DNA from: Octopus sinensis
Taxonomy: Eukaryota
Direction of reading: 5' to 3'
Assembly (NCBI RefSeq): GCF_006345805.1
Contig: NC_043014.1
Span: 2,666,001-2,730,000, forward strand
DNA length: 64,000 nucleotides
The stretch's first letter is position 1, and the number at the start of each line of letters is the position of its first letter. The translations under genes and the position numbers were made by a program. The notes beneath the pieces were generated by a model. It was not told where the DNA came from. It ran no database searches and saw nothing but the letters and a program-made list of their open reading frames with translations. Shown here piece by piece: positions 63,086 through 64,000 of this stretch.

Positions 63086-63142
63086 CAGACAGAGATAGAT
63101 AGAGAGAGAGATAGACAGACAGATAGATAGATAGATAGAAAG

Positions 63143-63210
<68 letters not shown>

Positions 63211-63258
63211 GGATAGACAGACAGACAGGTAGATTGGCAGATAGATAGATAGATAAAG

Positions 63259-63314
<56 letters not shown>

Positions 63315-63530
63315 GGATAGATGGATAGACAGACAGACAGGTAGATTGGCAGATAGATAGATAGATAAAGAGATAGATAGATAGATAGATAGATAGAGGG
63401 GAGAGAAACGGAACATAGAGAGCAAGTGTTAGATACAAACATACATACATAGAGAGATAAGAGACAGACAGATAGAAACAGAGATAGATAGATAAATAGA
63501 TAGATAGATAGAGGGGGGGGGCTGAGAAAA
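62775..63530. repeat. (GA)n then (GATA)n microsatellite with duplicated sub-blocks
   Basis: Direct inspection. Confidence 0.9.
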
Positions 63531-64000
63531 GGCAAGACAGAAGGCAGATAAGAAACAAAGTAGTTTTTAAAACAAGAAAACCAGTCAAAGAATACATTTG
63601 GATGCCAATGGCAAATGAGAACACCAATGTAAAATGGAAATGGAAAAATGAAAACAGCATTGCTTATGGAAACCACACATCATTGACAATTTGTGCAATC
63701 ACAAAGGAAAAAGCACGAAAGTCCAAGAAGATTTTGATGAACTTTTAGTCTGAGACTAAAACACTGTTGAGGCTTCTCCGAAGGAAGCCACACAAGGAAT
63801 TGAAACTGAACTTAAAAGCAGCAAAGTACTACGGTTTGGAACCAAAAAATAAAACCATTTTATTCTATTCTGTGGAACCGGTTTACGGCTAGATGCACTG
63901 AGCTACTTGGAATTTAAATGTCTTGACCCTTTGGCATTTAAACCAGTCGTGCCCGGCCCAAAATATCCAACCTGTTTTATGTCCAAAGTGGCCAGATCTG

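Overview
AT-rich, repeat-saturated animal genomic DNA. The SINE families and microsatellite load point to an octopus (coleoid cephalopod) genome; this is inferred, not database-checked. Two minus-strand protein-coding gene fragments are supportable. (1) The first coding exon of a WASP/N-WASP orthologue (13961-14068) with a CpG-rich promoter; intron 1 runs off the left end of the window. (2) The last two exons of an uncharacterised EF-hand-pair protein (30353-30563 spliced to 26466-27256), whose EF loop is completed across the splice junction and whose C-terminus is about 20 acidic Ser-rich octapeptide repeats. The rest is mostly tRNA-derived SINEs, CR1/L2-, RTE-BovB- and Tx1/L1-like LINE remnants, piggyBac-, mariner- and Helitron-type non-autonomous elements, long foldback repeats, microsatellites and a 100-N gap. 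The most striking signal is a set of type I hammerhead-ribozyme motifs (CUGANGA...GAAA, palindromic stem III). Four are well formed (5003, 31812 and the pair at 53058/53184) and three are degenerate (13089, 40767, 52216). Their primary sequences differ but their stems covary, and they sit in Penelope-like pLTR/foldback repeats, including a 216-bp-arm foldback carrying one hammerhead on each strand. Most 'ORFs' in the supplied track are translations of microsatellites or SINEs. Repeat boundaries were placed by eye and are approximate.
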